NCBI GenBank assembly: GCA_963848295.1
Contig: CAWKDB010000002.1
Coordinates: forward strand, 736,001 to 800,000
Direction of reading: 5' to 3'
Source: an uncultured delta proteobacterium
GTDB lineage: Bacteria > Myxococcota_A > Polyangia > Haliangiales > Haliangiaceae
Length of the DNA stretch: 64,000 nucleotides
Positions within the stretch are counted from its first letter, which is position 1. Every line of letters begins with the position of its first letter. Below, piece by piece: positions 49,177-59,380 of the stretch. Made by a program: the position numbers and the translations under genes. Under the pieces are notes generated by a model. It was given only the letters and a program-made list of their open reading frames with translations. It did no database searches and was not told the DNA's origin.

Positions 49177-52100
49177 CTACTGCTTGCGAGCCGCCTTCGC
49201 CGCGTGCAGCCGGCGCAAGAAGTCGTAGATCACGAGCTCCTGCGCGCGATGCGACGCGTGCAGCAAGCGATTCGCGTGCATGTGGACGAGGCTCCATGCG
49301 ATGTCGAGCAGCGGCGGCGATAGCTCACCCGCGGCGTCGCGCCGGCGCAGCTCGGTCGCGAGCTCGGCGAGTTGCGCGTCGCGCACGCCGAGGATCGTGA
49401 ACCCGGGCTCGAGATCGTGACCCGCATCGCGCTCGGCATCCGGCTCGAACAGATGCTCGAGCAACGCGCGGTCCTTCGCGAACCGATCGCCGATCTGGCC
49501 CCACAACGCGGTCGTCGCTCGGTGCTCGCGGCCGAGCATCTCGCGCGCGTCGTTCCACACCTTCGCGCGCTGTGCGCGATCGAGACCGAGCGCGACCAGC
49601 AACGACTCGGCGCCGCGCACCGCGAGCTGCCAGCGTGCGGCGGCGCCCTCGTCGCCTTCGAGGAGCTCGACGATCGCCAACACCGCTTCGCTGTCGCGCC
49701 AGAACAGCTCCTCCACGAGCTCGATCCCGCGATCGCCGCCGTAGCGCTCGAGCTCGCGCACGTACGTATCGACCACGACCTTGTACACGGTGCCGTCGGC
49801 GCGCAACGGAGCGAGGGCCACGTCGAGCGCGGGCACGACCTTGCCGAGCAGCACCTGCGGATCGCCACGAAACCGGACGCGGACATGCGGCTCGGGGTCT
49901 TGGTAGCGAACGAAGAACCAGCTCGCGAGCTCGCCGCGCTCGACCCCACCGCGCACGACCGGAGCGACCCCTTCGCGCAACACGCGATCCGACGCCGCTT
50001 CGCCGCAGTAGATCTTCGCGTAGAGCCAGTTCGAGCCGGGCCCGAGGTCGCGCACGGCGGTCGGCACCGGGGTCGGCGCGGGCTTCGGCTTCGGCTCGGT
50101 CGCGCGATCGCGCGTGAACATCATGACGATCTCGTCGGTGAATCGCCCCTCCGGTCCGTGCGCGGCGAGCCGATCGAGCGGAGGGAACTGCTCGGACAAC
50201 CGCGCGCTGGTCTCGCCCGCGAGCTCGTCCGCAAACGCTGCGACCAACATCGGATTGTCGAAATCGATCGGCAGCTCGTTGTCGCCCGAGACCAGCGTGA
50301 CGAACCGCGGCAGCTCGCGCGCCGTGCGCAAGGCCGCGACCGCGAGCGCGACGTCCGGCGCCTTCGCGCGATCCTTGCGCGCCGCCTTGACCGCCGCGGT
50401 GATCGGCGCGAGGTCCGCCGCCGCGAGCTGCCACTGGGCGCGCCCGACGATCGTGCGACCGATCCGGACGCGCGGCAACCGCGGCGACGCGGCGAGCACC
50501 CCCCACGAGAACCCGGTGTGGCGCTCGTGCTGGCTCTGCAGCGTACACAGGAAGCGATAGACGCCGAGCCCGCGCGAATAGTTGTGCGCGGTCGTCAGCC
50601 GCGGAATCACCTCGCGACCGAGCCGCCGAGACGCGAGCACGATGCGATCGCCGTCGAGTGCGACCGTGAGATCGTCGAGCTCGATCTGAGCTTCACGCGG
50701 CGCGCCGGATACGCCGAGATAGATAATCTCGTGGCCGCGCAACACCGGCCGACACAGCACGTTGCCGATGCGGCCATCGTCGAGGTGCACGATCTCGGCG
50801 AACACGGCGTCGGGCCGCGCCGCTTCTTCGATCGCGTGATGCGCGCGCACCGCCGCTTCGATCTCGGGCGACGCGTGACAGAACCGGCCGAGCAGCTTGC
50901 TCCCCGGTGGGCCGTCTGCGCCTTCGATCAACAGCTCCGGCTCGCCGCGCGCGAGCTGATCCTCGGTCCCTGCGATCCGCGCAAACACCGCGAGCGCATC
51001 GGGCGTCGCGGTCGAGCGATCGTCCTGCATCGCGACGAGATCCGCTTCAGTCAGCTCGATCTCGGCCGCGCCGGTCCGGATCGCCGCCGCCAGCAACCCC
51101 AGCATGTGGCGCTCGACCTTGCCCCACTGCGCGCGGGTCTCGCCGGGCCCGCCGGGGAAGTAGATGCCGGCGAGCAGCGGCGAGCCTTCGCTGCCGGGAC
51201 CGCGCGCCGCATCGAAGCCGAGCCCTGACTCCTCATCGAGCACCTCGGCGAGCGGCATGGTCCGGCCTTCGTAGCGGCTCGCAAACGCGCGCTTGAGCTC
51301 GTCGAAGCTGTTACTTATCGGCTGCTCGAGCCGCGCGAGCTGGTCGATCGTCCGTGCGAGCTCGGCCGCGACCTTCGTCGAGATCGTCGCGCCGGTCGGT
51401 TTGACCATATCGACTTGAAACAACCGCGCGCGATCGACCGGCGCGGGCAGCGGCGCGAGTGCGGCGGCGACGCGCTCGTAGACCGCGGGCTGTTGGCCGA
51501 GGCCCGCCGCGTCGATCGCGGCGATCTGCGCGCGCACGTCGACGAGGATCTCGTGCGCCTTGTCGAGCCCGGCCGCCGCGAGCTGCGCGATCATCCCGTC
51601 GATCGGCTCGGGCCCGGTGACCGAGACCCCGAGCTCGGGCACGAGCACCTGTGAATCGACCAGCTCGTCGATGAACGCACGCGCGTCGGCGAGCGTGATG
51701 TCCTCGGCGACGAGCGGCAGCGCCAGCGCCTCGCGCTTCGCGCCATCGGCGGCGCGGGCGAGCGTCGCGTCGAGATACTCGGTCGGCTCGAGCGACACCA
51801 ACCGATACGTGCGATCCTTGCCCTGGAGCTGCGCCGCCGCGTAGTGCCAACGCCCGGCGACGCGATACAGCGACGTATTGCGGCGATAGGTCAGCCGTTC
51901 ACGCGCTTCGGGCGTCGCGCTCAGCTCGCGCGCGAGCACGAACAGGTAGTCGTTGTCGAGGCGGGTCCGCCGCCGGTACTCGCCGCGCGGCGCGAGCCCG
52001 AGCGAGGTCGTACGCCCGAGCTGCACGCACGACACACCGGAGAACAAGCCGAACGGGGTCGCGCGCATCATCATCCGCGCGACGTACTTCACGAGGGACT

Positions 52101-52341
52101 GTTCGGCGCGTTGGCCCGCCGCCGACTCCGGGGCCGCTCTCCAGCCAGTCATCGCGTCGTAGAGGCTCGGCGACGCGACATACACCGCCTCGCGGACCTC
52201 CGGCAGCTCGAGCAGATCGGCGAGAAATTGCCGGCGATCCGGCGCCGCGGCCCAGTCGACGAACGCGGTCGCCGGCAATAGGGGTGTGCGCAGCATGATG
52301 CTGTCGCCTGCACGCAGCTGCCGTTCGCGCGGAGAGCCCAT
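49177..52341 (-). CDS. lanB: Class I lanthipeptide dehydratase (glutamylation and elimination domains)
   Basis: LRTPLLP, EAVYVASPSL, RATPFGLFSG, GRF, GNVLCRP, PRLTTAHN, WLYAKIY, FFVRY.DP..HVRVR, RELERYGG, HMHANRL. Confidence 0.93.
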   Translation of the reverse strand: MGSPRERQLRAGDSIMLRTPLLPATAFVDWAAAPDRRQFLADLLELPEVREAVYVASPSLYDAMTGWRAAPESAAGQRAEQSLVKYVARMMMRATPFGLFSGVSCVQLGRTTSLGLAPRGEYRRRTRLDNDYLFVLARELSATPEARERLTYRRNTSLYRVAGRWHYAAAQLQGKDRTYRLVSLEPTEYLDATLARAADGAKREALALPLVAEDITLADARAFIDELVDSQVLVPELGVSVTGPEPIDGMIAQLAAAGLDKAHEILVDVRAQIAAIDAAGLGQQPAVYERVAAALAPLPAPVDRARLFQVDMVKPTGATISTKVAAELARTIDQLARLEQPISNSFDELKRAFASRYEGRTMPLAEVLDEESGLGFDAARGPGSEGSPLLAGIYFPGGPGETRAQWGKVERHMLGLLAAAIRTGAAEIELTEADLVAMQDDRSTATPDALAVFARIAGTEDQLARGEPELLIEGADGPPGSKLLGRFCHASPEIEAAVRAHHAIEEAARPDAVFAEIVHLDDGRIGNVLCRPVLRGHEIIYLGVSGAPREAQIELDDLTVALDGDRIVLASRRLGREVIPRLTTAHNYSRGLGVYRFLCTLQSQHERHTGFSWGVLAASPRLPRVRIGRTIVGRAQWQLAAADLAPITAAVKAARKDRAKAPDVALAVAALRTARELPRFVTLVSGDNELPIDFDNPMLVAAFADELAGETSARLSEQFPPLDRLAAHGPEGRFTDEIVMMFTRDRATEPKPKPAPTPVPTAVRDLGPGSNWLYAKIYCGEAASDRVLREGVAPVVRGGVERGELASWFFVRYQDPEPHVRVRFRGDPQVLLGKVVPALDVALAPLRADGTVYKVVVDTYVRELERYGGDRGIELVEELFWRDSEAVLAIVELLEGDEGAAARWQLAVRGAESLLVALGLDRAQRAKVWNDAREMLGREHRATTALWGQIGDRFAKDRALLEHLFEPDAERDAGHDLEPGFTILGVRDAQLAELATELRRRDAAGELSPPLLDIAWSLVHMHANRLLHASHRAQELVIYDFLRRLHAAKAARKQ

Positions 52342-52367
52342 CCGTTACGACTATAGTAGAGACTGCG

Positions 52368-52547
52368 ATGTCTACGCTCGCTGCACCGGGCTCGATCGTC
52401 GGCCGAACGTTCGGCGACTTCGTGGTGCGCGAGGTCATCGGCCAAGGCGGGTTCGGCGAGGTCTATCGCGCCGAACAAACCACGCTCGGCCGCGAGGCCG
52501 TCGTCAAGGTGCTTCGCCGCACCCATCGCGCGAGCCCGCCGGCGATC
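52368..52547 (+). pseudogene. N-terminal fragment of a Ser/Thr kinase
   Basis: IGQGGFGEVYRAEQTTLGREAVVKVL, then kinase homology ends (no HRD or DFG). Confidence 0.8.
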
Positions 52548-52705
52548 AGCGACTCGGGACTCGCCAGTGCCTCGAGCTCGCGCAATCTCGCGACGAGCTC
52601 GGGGTTCGGCTCCGAGAGGAATGGCTGCTCGGCGAGCCAGTGGTCCGCGGCAAACTGTTCGACCGTCAGCGGCCGGACCAACTCTTCGAGCGCGATCGCG
52701 CTCAT
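52540..52705 (-). pseudogene. N-terminal fragment of a probable cupin/JmjC oxygenase
   Basis: ATGA-coupled to the TolC stop; LEELVRPLTVEQFAADHW...PF resembles cupin_4/JmjC N-termini; collides with the kinase fragment. Confidence 0.5.
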
Positions 52706-54264
52706 CGTTCGAGCATCCTCAGCCCGGACTTCTCGAGGATCTCGCCGGTCAATGCGTCGAGCTCGGCGCGCGATTCTTGGTAGCGCGCGCGCTCGACCGC
52801 TTCGCGCAGGCGGACGTTGCCGAGGTCGTCTTGACGGCGAATGATCTCCTGGCTCGACGACTTGCCGAGCTCGAATTTCTTTTGCTCGGCGTCGACGTTC
52901 GCCCGCGCGATCTCGACCGCGGACGCTCCGAGCTTCGCCGACTCGGCGTGGTTCTGGACCTCGTAGACCGCGCGCGCGGCCTCGGCGGCGACCTCGCGGC
53001 GGGTCTTGCCGACTTGAAACGCGCTGTCGTATGCGGCGGCGCGGCTCGCGTCGTACACGCCGCCGGCGGCGTGGTTGCCGATCGGCAGCTCGAACGTGAG
53101 ATTCGCGTCGACCTCGTAGCCGCCGGTGATCCCGTTCACCGCGTTGCCGAACGTCGCCGTGTGATTGATGAACATGCCGGTCGGGTCGTAGCCGGTGACA
53201 TCGGTGCCGAGCGGACCACCTTCGAGCCGGAGGTCGGCGCGGGGCAGCAGATCGCGCTTCGCGCCGGCGAGCTCGGCCTGCGCGGACTTGTCCTCGTCGA
53301 TCGCCGCTTTGAGATCGTCGCTCGTCGCGAGCGCGCGCGCCACGAACGTCGCTGGATCGAGCTCGACGCCGTCGGGGCTCGGCAGCGCGGGCGGCTTGAG
53401 CGCGAGCTTGGTCGCGGTGACGTCCATCCCGACGAGCAAGCGCAGCGCGACCGACTGGTTGATGACGTCGAGCTCCGCCGCCATGACGTCTTGCTGGCGC
53501 GAGGCCATCGCTTGCTTCGCCGGCAACAGCTCGCTCTCGCTGAACTTGCCGGTGCGAATCCCGCCCTCGGCGATCGAGACCTGGTGCTTCGCGAGCTCGA
53601 CGCCGTCGCGCCGGATCGCGAGGACATCCCACGCGAGGGCGAGCTCCCAGTAACCCCGTGCGACCGACAGCGCGTACATCCGCGCCGCGGCGGCGCGCCG
53701 GATCACCGCCGCGCTCGCATGCAGGTGCGCCGAATCGTAGGCCCGGTCATAGCCGGCGAGGCCGAAGCCCTTGAGCAGCGGCTGAGTCAGTCGCGCTCGG
53801 ACGCTGGCCTCGAACGTGTTGTCGACGCCGGGCGAGCGGTCGTAGTACGCGGTCGCGGTGCCGTACAGCTCGAGCGTGCCGTTCGTCGGGATCAGCTTGC
53901 GCAGCCCCAGCGCCGCGGTCTCGCTCGTTGCGGTCTGCTCGAGGCTCGGCAACCCGAGCTGGACGATCGCGCCGTTCAGCTTCGAGTAGTCCCCGGTCGC
54001 GAACAGCGTCAGATCATAGGCGCCCCGCGCCGCGGTGAACCGGGCCCGCGCCTGGGCGAGGGAGAACGCGGCGGATTCGAGCACCGGCGAGGCCTTCGCC
54101 GCGACGGCGAACAGGTCCGGCAACGCCAGCTCCTCGGCGAGCTGGTCGAACGTCGGATCGCCCTTGGCCTTCGGTTCGGCCGCGGCCGGGGCGACGACCA
54201 GGAGGGCGGATCCGATGACGCTCGCCAGCGTCGGCCGGCGGTGTCGGAGGACGATCGCGCGCAT
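52702..54264 (-). CDS. TolC family outer-membrane efflux protein
   Basis: Signal peptide; LTQPLLKGFG, VARGYWEL, LLPRADL, AEQKKFELG. Confidence 0.88.
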   Translation of the reverse strand: MRAIVLRHRRPTLASVIGSALLVVAPAAAEPKAKGDPTFDQLAEELALPDLFAVAAKASPVLESAAFSLAQARARFTAARGAYDLTLFATGDYSKLNGAIVQLGLPSLEQTATSETAALGLRKLIPTNGTLELYGTATAYYDRSPGVDNTFEASVRARLTQPLLKGFGLAGYDRAYDSAHLHASAAVIRRAAAARMYALSVARGYWELALAWDVLAIRRDGVELAKHQVSIAEGGIRTGKFSESELLPAKQAMASRQQDVMAAELDVINQSVALRLLVGMDVTATKLALKPPALPSPDGVELDPATFVARALATSDDLKAAIDEDKSAQAELAGAKRDLLPRADLRLEGGPLGTDVTGYDPTGMFINHTATFGNAVNGITGGYEVDANLTFELPIGNHAAGGVYDASRAAAYDSAFQVGKTRREVAAEAARAVYEVQNHAESAKLGASAVEIARANVDAEQKKFELGKSSSQEIIRRQDDLGNVRLREAVERARYQESRAELDALTGEILEKSGLRMLER

Positions 54265-54272
54265 CGCCGCAA

Positions 54273-56234
54273 TTGTCTCCGATCTGGCAGAGGCGGCCAA
54301 CTGTTGCAGCGGTCTGGTACCATTTGGAGGAGTTGGGGGAGTTCGACTCCGAAGGAGCCACCCAGGTCCGCGCGTTCGCATTCGTCGGCGCGGATCGCAT
54401 CCTCGTGGCCGACGCGGACGAGGATCGGTGTGACTGGGTCCGCAACGCGGCCGGCGTGATGTTCCAGGTCGAAGAGGTCTCGAACGCGCGCGACGCCCTC
54501 GCTCGCCTGACCGGGGACCCGCCGAAGGTGCTTGTCGTCGGCACCGCGCTCGCCGATGTCACCGGCGAGGCCTTGCTCGCCTACGCAGCGCGCCACCGGT
54601 TGCTCGGCGTTCATCGCCCGTGGCCGGTGGTGTTCTTGCTGTCCGACACGCCACAGTCCGCACCGGCGGTCGACGAACAACAGATCCCGATCTTCTTCAG
54701 GCTGGTCCCGACGCTGCAACCGGAACGCGTTCGCGAGCTGTTCAATCAGGCGCTCGCCCGAACCGCGCAGCTCGAGCCGACGTCGCGCCCCGACGAAGAC
54801 GAGGATCCAGATCGCACGCGCCGCCTGGTCGAGCACATGCGCAAGCTCGGCCTGCAGCGCTCGGTCAAGCCGGCGGCCGAGGCGGTGATCGAGGCGGTGA
54901 TCGATGTCGTCCACGCCGATCGCGCGCGCTGCCTGTACTACGACGACGACCGTGGCTCGCTGTGGTCCGAGCTCGACGAGGACAGTGACACGCCGGCGTC
55001 GATCGGCCTCGCCGGGTTCGCGGCACGCGCCGGCACTCCGATCGTGCTAGAGCGAGCCAGCGCCGATCCCGCGTACCAAGCGAACGTCGACGATCCGTCG
55101 GGTATCGGCGACGAGCGTCTCGTCGTGCAGCCCGTCGTCGATCGCGACCACCGCGTCCAGGCCGTGCTGATCGCGATGCGTGCCGCCACCAGCGCTCCGT
55201 TCTCGCCGGCCGACGTCCGCGCGTTCGGCGAGCTCGCGACGTCGTGGAGCCCGTACATCCACCAGCTCGCGTCCGAGTCGGCGACGGCCGCCGAGGAAGC
55301 CGAGGTCGACGAAGGCGCCGCGTCGATGTTCCGCCAGGAGGCGATCGACCACATGATCCGCCGCGGGGCGCGCGGCGACGTCGTGCGCATCCATCCCGGC
55401 TGGATCCACGGCGCGTTCTGGCTCGTCCTCGCGTCGATGGGCGCACTCCTCGGGTACTCCGCGGTCGCGCGGATCCACGAGTACGCCGAAGGCCCTTCGG
55501 TTGTCCGGGTCACCGGCTTGACCGACCTGGTCGCCTACGACGGCGGCAGCGTGACATCGGTCGAAGTCGCGGCCGGCCAGCCGGTCACCGAGGGTCAGGT
55601 GATGATCCGCCTGCACGACACCGAGCAGGCGAGCAAGATGCGCGGCCTCGACGCCGAGTTCAAGCGCAAGCTCGTCGCCTATCTCCAGTCGCCGTCGGAT
55701 CCGGCCATGAAAGCGTCGCTGTCGGCGACGAGGGCCGAACGCGACAGCGCGAAGGCCAGCCTCGATGCTCGCGTCATCCGCGCGCCGCACGATGGCATCG
55801 TCCGCGACGTGCTGGTCTCCGTTGGTCAGAAGGTCGACGCCGGCAAAGTCGTGGCGCGCGTCGCCCAGAAGGGCGTGACCGAAGGCCTCTCGGTGCTCGC
55901 GTTCCTGCCCGGCACCGATCGCCCGCGCCTGCGCGCCGGCCAGCTGTTGCGGATGACCCTGCCCGGCTATCGCGGCGCCGAGGTCGAGACCAAGGTGATC
56001 GGCATCGGTAGCGAGGTCATGGGCGCGTCCGAGGCCAAGTCGCGCTACCTCGCCGACCGGCTCGGCGACAGCGTGCCGATCCAGGGCACGGTGGTCGTCG
56101 TCGAGGCGAAGCTGCCCAAGACGTTCGTGTCCGACGGCCGGACCTACGAATTCCACGACGGCATGGTCGGCTCGTCCGAGGTCCGGTTGCAGTCGAAGAC
56201 CGTGCTCCAGACCGCGATCGGCGTGTTCAAGTGA
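54273..56234 (+). CDS. HlyD-family secretion adaptor with N-terminal pseudo-receiver and GAF domains
   Basis: RILVADAD (REC-like); ADRARCLYYD...GLAGFAARAG...DPAY...VD (GAF); FRQEAID, TM helix, IRAPHDGIV, GMVG; start may lie downstream (e.g. 54333). Confidence 0.8.
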   Translation: MSPIWQRRPTVAAVWYHLEELGEFDSEGATQVRAFAFVGADRILVADADEDRCDWVRNAAGVMFQVEEVSNARDALARLTGDPPKVLVVGTALADVTGEALLAYAARHRLLGVHRPWPVVFLLSDTPQSAPAVDEQQIPIFFRLVPTLQPERVRELFNQALARTAQLEPTSRPDEDEDPDRTRRLVEHMRKLGLQRSVKPAAEAVIEAVIDVVHADRARCLYYDDDRGSLWSELDEDSDTPASIGLAGFAARAGTPIVLERASADPAYQANVDDPSGIGDERLVVQPVVDRDHRVQAVLIAMRAATSAPFSPADVRAFGELATSWSPYIHQLASESATAAEEAEVDEGAASMFRQEAIDHMIRRGARGDVVRIHPGWIHGAFWLVLASMGALLGYSAVARIHEYAEGPSVVRVTGLTDLVAYDGGSVTSVEVAAGQPVTEGQVMIRLHDTEQASKMRGLDAEFKRKLVAYLQSPSDPAMKASLSATRAERDSAKASLDARVIRAPHDGIVRDVLVSVGQKVDAGKVVARVAQKGVTEGLSVLAFLPGTDRPRLRAGQLLRMTLPGYRGAEVETKVIGIGSEVMGASEAKSRYLADRLGDSVPIQGTVVVVEAKLPKTFVSDGRTYEFHDGMVGSSEVRLQSKTVLQTAIGVFK

Positions 56235-58480
56235 GCGCCGCCGACGAGGCCCCGCCGGCTGCAGCCGCACCGGTCTCGGGCGAGGAGGATCTGTTCCCGT
56301 CGCTCGCGCGGTTATCCCAGGATCGACGGCGCGGCCGGATCCCGTTCGTGCAGCAGACCGAGGACGCCGACTGCGGACCGGCGTGTCTCGCGATGGTGCT
56401 GCGCTACCTCGGCCGCCACGTCATGCTCGACGAGGTCCGCGAGGCGATCGGCAGCGGGCGCGAAGGCACCGACGGCGGCGCGCTGCTCCGCGGCGGCCAG
56501 CACTACGGGTTGGTCGGGCGCGGCCTCTCGCTCGACGTCGAGGGTCTCAAGTTCCTGCCGCCCGGCTCGATCCTGCACTGGGACTTCAATCACTTCGTGG
56601 TGTTCGACCGCGTCACTCGGCACGGCGCGTTGGTCGTCGATCCCGGCCGCGGGCAGCGCACCGTCACGGCCAAGCAGCTCCAAGAGTCGTTCACCGGCGT
56701 CGCGCTCGTGTTCGAGCGCAGCGGCGCGTTCGAGCGGCGCGAAGCGGGCGCGGGTCGGTGGCGCTGGTACGTCGATCAGCTGTTCGGCCAGCGCAAGCTC
56801 GCGCTGCGCGTGATCGTGACGTCGCTGTTGTTGCGGTTGTTCGCGCTCGCCGTGCCGATGTTGGTCGCGCTCGTCGTCGATCGGGTGATTCCTCGAGGCG
56901 ACAACGGCTTGTTGATCGTCGTGTCGGTCGGGCTCGGCGGCATGTTGGTGTTCCAGCTGTTATCGAACCTGATCCGCGCGCACTTGTTGCTCCAGCTGCG
57001 CACGAACTTCGACACGCGGCTCACGCTCGGGTTCGTCGACTTCATGTCGCGGCTGCCGTTCGATTTCTTCCAGCGGCGCAGCGCCGGCGATCTGATGATG
57101 CGGGTCAACAACAACGCGACGATTCGCGAGCTGCTCACCTCCGACATCCTGTCGACGATGATCGACGGCGTGCTCGTGCTCGGCTACTTCGCGCTCGTGA
57201 TCTACCTCGCGCCGTTGATGGCGGCGGTCGTCGGCGGGCTCGCGCTGCTCGAGATGCTGGTGTTCATCGCCACGCGACGCCGGTTCCGCAACTTGCAGGC
57301 GAGCTCGCTCGATGCCCAGGCGCGCACCCAGTCGTATCTCGTCGAGCTCTTCGCCGGCATGTCGACGCTCAAGGCGTCCGCTGCCGAGGGCCGCGCGGTC
57401 GAGCGGTGGTCGAATCTCTACGTCGACGAGCTCAACGTCGCGCTCGATCGCGGTCGGCTCAACGCGGTCGTCGACTCGGTCATGCACATGTTGCAAGAGG
57501 CGGCGCCGCTCGTCGTGCTCGTCGTCGGCACGGTCTCGGTGCTGCGCGGGTCGCTGTCGCTCGGCGCGATGCTCGCGGTCAACTCGATCGCGCTCGGCTT
57601 GCTGACGCCGCTGTCGTCGCTGATCCAGAGCGCGCTCAAGCTGCAGCTCCTCGGCGGCTACATGGACCGGATCGACGACGTGCTCCGCCAGGAGCCCGAG
57701 CAGAGCGGCGACAAGGCGGTGAGCGCACCGAAGATCACCGGCCGGATCACGCTGCAGAACATCTCGTTCCGCTACAGCGAGCGCGCGCCGTTCGTCGTGC
57801 GCAACGTCTCGATCGACATCAAGGCCGGCAGCAAGATCGCGATCGTCGGCCGGTCCGGCTGCGGCAAGTCGACGCTCGCGAGCCTGATCGCAGGCATGTA
57901 TCGCCCGACCGAGGGCCGGATCTTCTTCGACGGTCACGACGCCGGCCGGCTCGAGCTCAAGAGTCTGCGCCGCCAGCTCGGCGTCGTGTTCCAGGCACCG
58001 TACCTGTTCCAGGGCTCGATGCGCACGAACATCGCGCTCACCGATCCGTCGACTCCACTCGATCGCGTCGTCGCGGCCGCTCGCCAGGCGTGCATCCACG
58101 AGGACATCGATCGCATGCCGATGGGTTACGAGACGGTCATCGCCGACGGCGGGTCGTCTCTGTCGGGTGGCCAGCGCCAGCGCATCGCGATCGCGCGCGC
58201 CCTGGTCCATCGCCCGAACGTGATGATCCTCGACGAGGCCACCAGCGCGCTCGACTCCGAGACCGAGCGCCGCGTCATCGACAACCTCAACAAGATCGCG
58301 TGCACGCGCATCATCCTCGCGCACCGGCTCAGCACGATCATCAACGCCGACATCATCCTCGTGATGGATCAGGGCGAGGTCATCGAATCCGGCACCCACG
58401 AGGAATTGCTGGCGCGCGCTGGCCTCTATCGTACGCTTGTGGCTGCCCAGCTCTCGATGGGCGAAGGAGTGGACGCTTGA
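56231..58480 (+). CDS. Peptidase C39-domain ABC transporter (PCAT, bacteriocin exporter)
   Basis: QQTEDADCGPACLAM, LHWDFNHFVV, GRSGCGKST, LSGGQRQR, ILDEATSALD, AHRLS. Confidence 0.95.
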   Translation: MSAADEAPPAAAAPVSGEEDLFPSLARLSQDRRRGRIPFVQQTEDADCGPACLAMVLRYLGRHVMLDEVREAIGSGREGTDGGALLRGGQHYGLVGRGLSLDVEGLKFLPPGSILHWDFNHFVVFDRVTRHGALVVDPGRGQRTVTAKQLQESFTGVALVFERSGAFERREAGAGRWRWYVDQLFGQRKLALRVIVTSLLLRLFALAVPMLVALVVDRVIPRGDNGLLIVVSVGLGGMLVFQLLSNLIRAHLLLQLRTNFDTRLTLGFVDFMSRLPFDFFQRRSAGDLMMRVNNNATIRELLTSDILSTMIDGVLVLGYFALVIYLAPLMAAVVGGLALLEMLVFIATRRRFRNLQASSLDAQARTQSYLVELFAGMSTLKASAAEGRAVERWSNLYVDELNVALDRGRLNAVVDSVMHMLQEAAPLVVLVVGTVSVLRGSLSLGAMLAVNSIALGLLTPLSSLIQSALKLQLLGGYMDRIDDVLRQEPEQSGDKAVSAPKITGRITLQNISFRYSERAPFVVRNVSIDIKAGSKIAIVGRSGCGKSTLASLIAGMYRPTEGRIFFDGHDAGRLELKSLRRQLGVVFQAPYLFQGSMRTNIALTDPSTPLDRVVAAARQACIHEDIDRMPMGYETVIADGGSSLSGGQRQRIAIARALVHRPNVMILDEATSALDSETERRVIDNLNKIACTRIILAHRLSTIINADIILVMDQGEVIESGTHEELLARAGLYRTLVAAQLSMGEGVDA

Positions 58481-59376
58481 TGCTGCGCCGCGCGGTTTGC
58501 TCGCTCGCTCTGCTCGTCGGCTGTGCCGGCGACCAGCCCGTCGGCGAGGACAAGCCGGCTCCCGACCCGCTCGCCCTGCCGCACACCACCGCCTCCGACG
58601 TCCCGAAGACCATCGGGTTCATCGGCGTGCTGACGCCGCGCGACGTCGCCGAGGTGACCGCGCCGTTCACGACGAAGGTCGACCAGTTCTTCGTCAACCT
58701 CGGCGATCACGTCGAGAAGGGCACGCGCCTCGCGCACCTCGACGAGCAGCCGCTGCAACAGCAGCTCACCGCGGCGAGAGCGGAGCTCCGGGCGCGCCAG
58801 GCCGAGATCTCGCGCGCCTCGTCGGCGAGCAGCGCCGCTGCCCAGGCATATCGCCGCGACAAGGCGGGCCTGAGAGAAGGCGTGGCATCGCGCGCCGACG
58901 TCGCGGACGCCGCGGCGAGGAGCAACGAGGCCGCCTTCTCGGTGTCGAAGGCGATCGCGGACGCCGATCAGCAGAAGGACAACATCGCGACGCTCACAGA
59001 CAAGCTCGCGAAGATGACGCTGACCGCACCGATCGCGGGTCAAGTGGCGCTGCGCTACGTCGAAGACGGCGCGCGAGTCGAAGAGGGCAAGCCGGTGATC
59101 CGCGTGATCTCGTCGGGCCAACTGTTCGTGCGGTTCGCGATCCCGACCGATCAAGTCGGCAAGGTGTCGCCGAACGACCTCGTCGATGTCCAGATCGAGG
59201 GGCGCCCGGGCGTCGCGCACGGCGTCGTGACCAACGTCTCGCCCGAGCTCGACTCGGTCGCGCAGATGATCCTCGCCGAAGCCGAGCTCACCGCGCCGGT
59301 CCCCGACAAGCTCCAGCCCGGGATGGTGGCTCACATCATCGCGACCGGCGCCAAGCCCGCGAAGCCCGCGCCCTAA
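58480..59376 (+). CDS. Efflux periplasmic adaptor subunit (lipoprotein)
   Basis: LVGC lipobox; V.LGDHVEKG..LA.LD, LTAPIAGQV, LQPGM. Confidence 0.85.
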   Translation: MLRRAVCSLALLVGCAGDQPVGEDKPAPDPLALPHTTASDVPKTIGFIGVLTPRDVAEVTAPFTTKVDQFFVNLGDHVEKGTRLAHLDEQPLQQQLTAARAELRARQAEISRASSASSAAAQAYRRDKAGLREGVASRADVADAAARSNEAAFSVSKAIADADQQKDNIATLTDKLAKMTLTAPIAGQVALRYVEDGARVEEGKPVIRVISSGQLFVRFAIPTDQVGKVSPNDLVDVQIEGRPGVAHGVVTNVSPELDSVAQMILAEAELTAPVPDKLQPGMVAHIIATGAKPAKPAP

Positions 59377-59380
59377 CCCC

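Noticed and set aside
52368..52844. Intact 158-aa kinase as listed in the ORF track
   Set aside because: Kinase homology ends at about residue 60; the rest is antisense to the cupin fragment and TolC.
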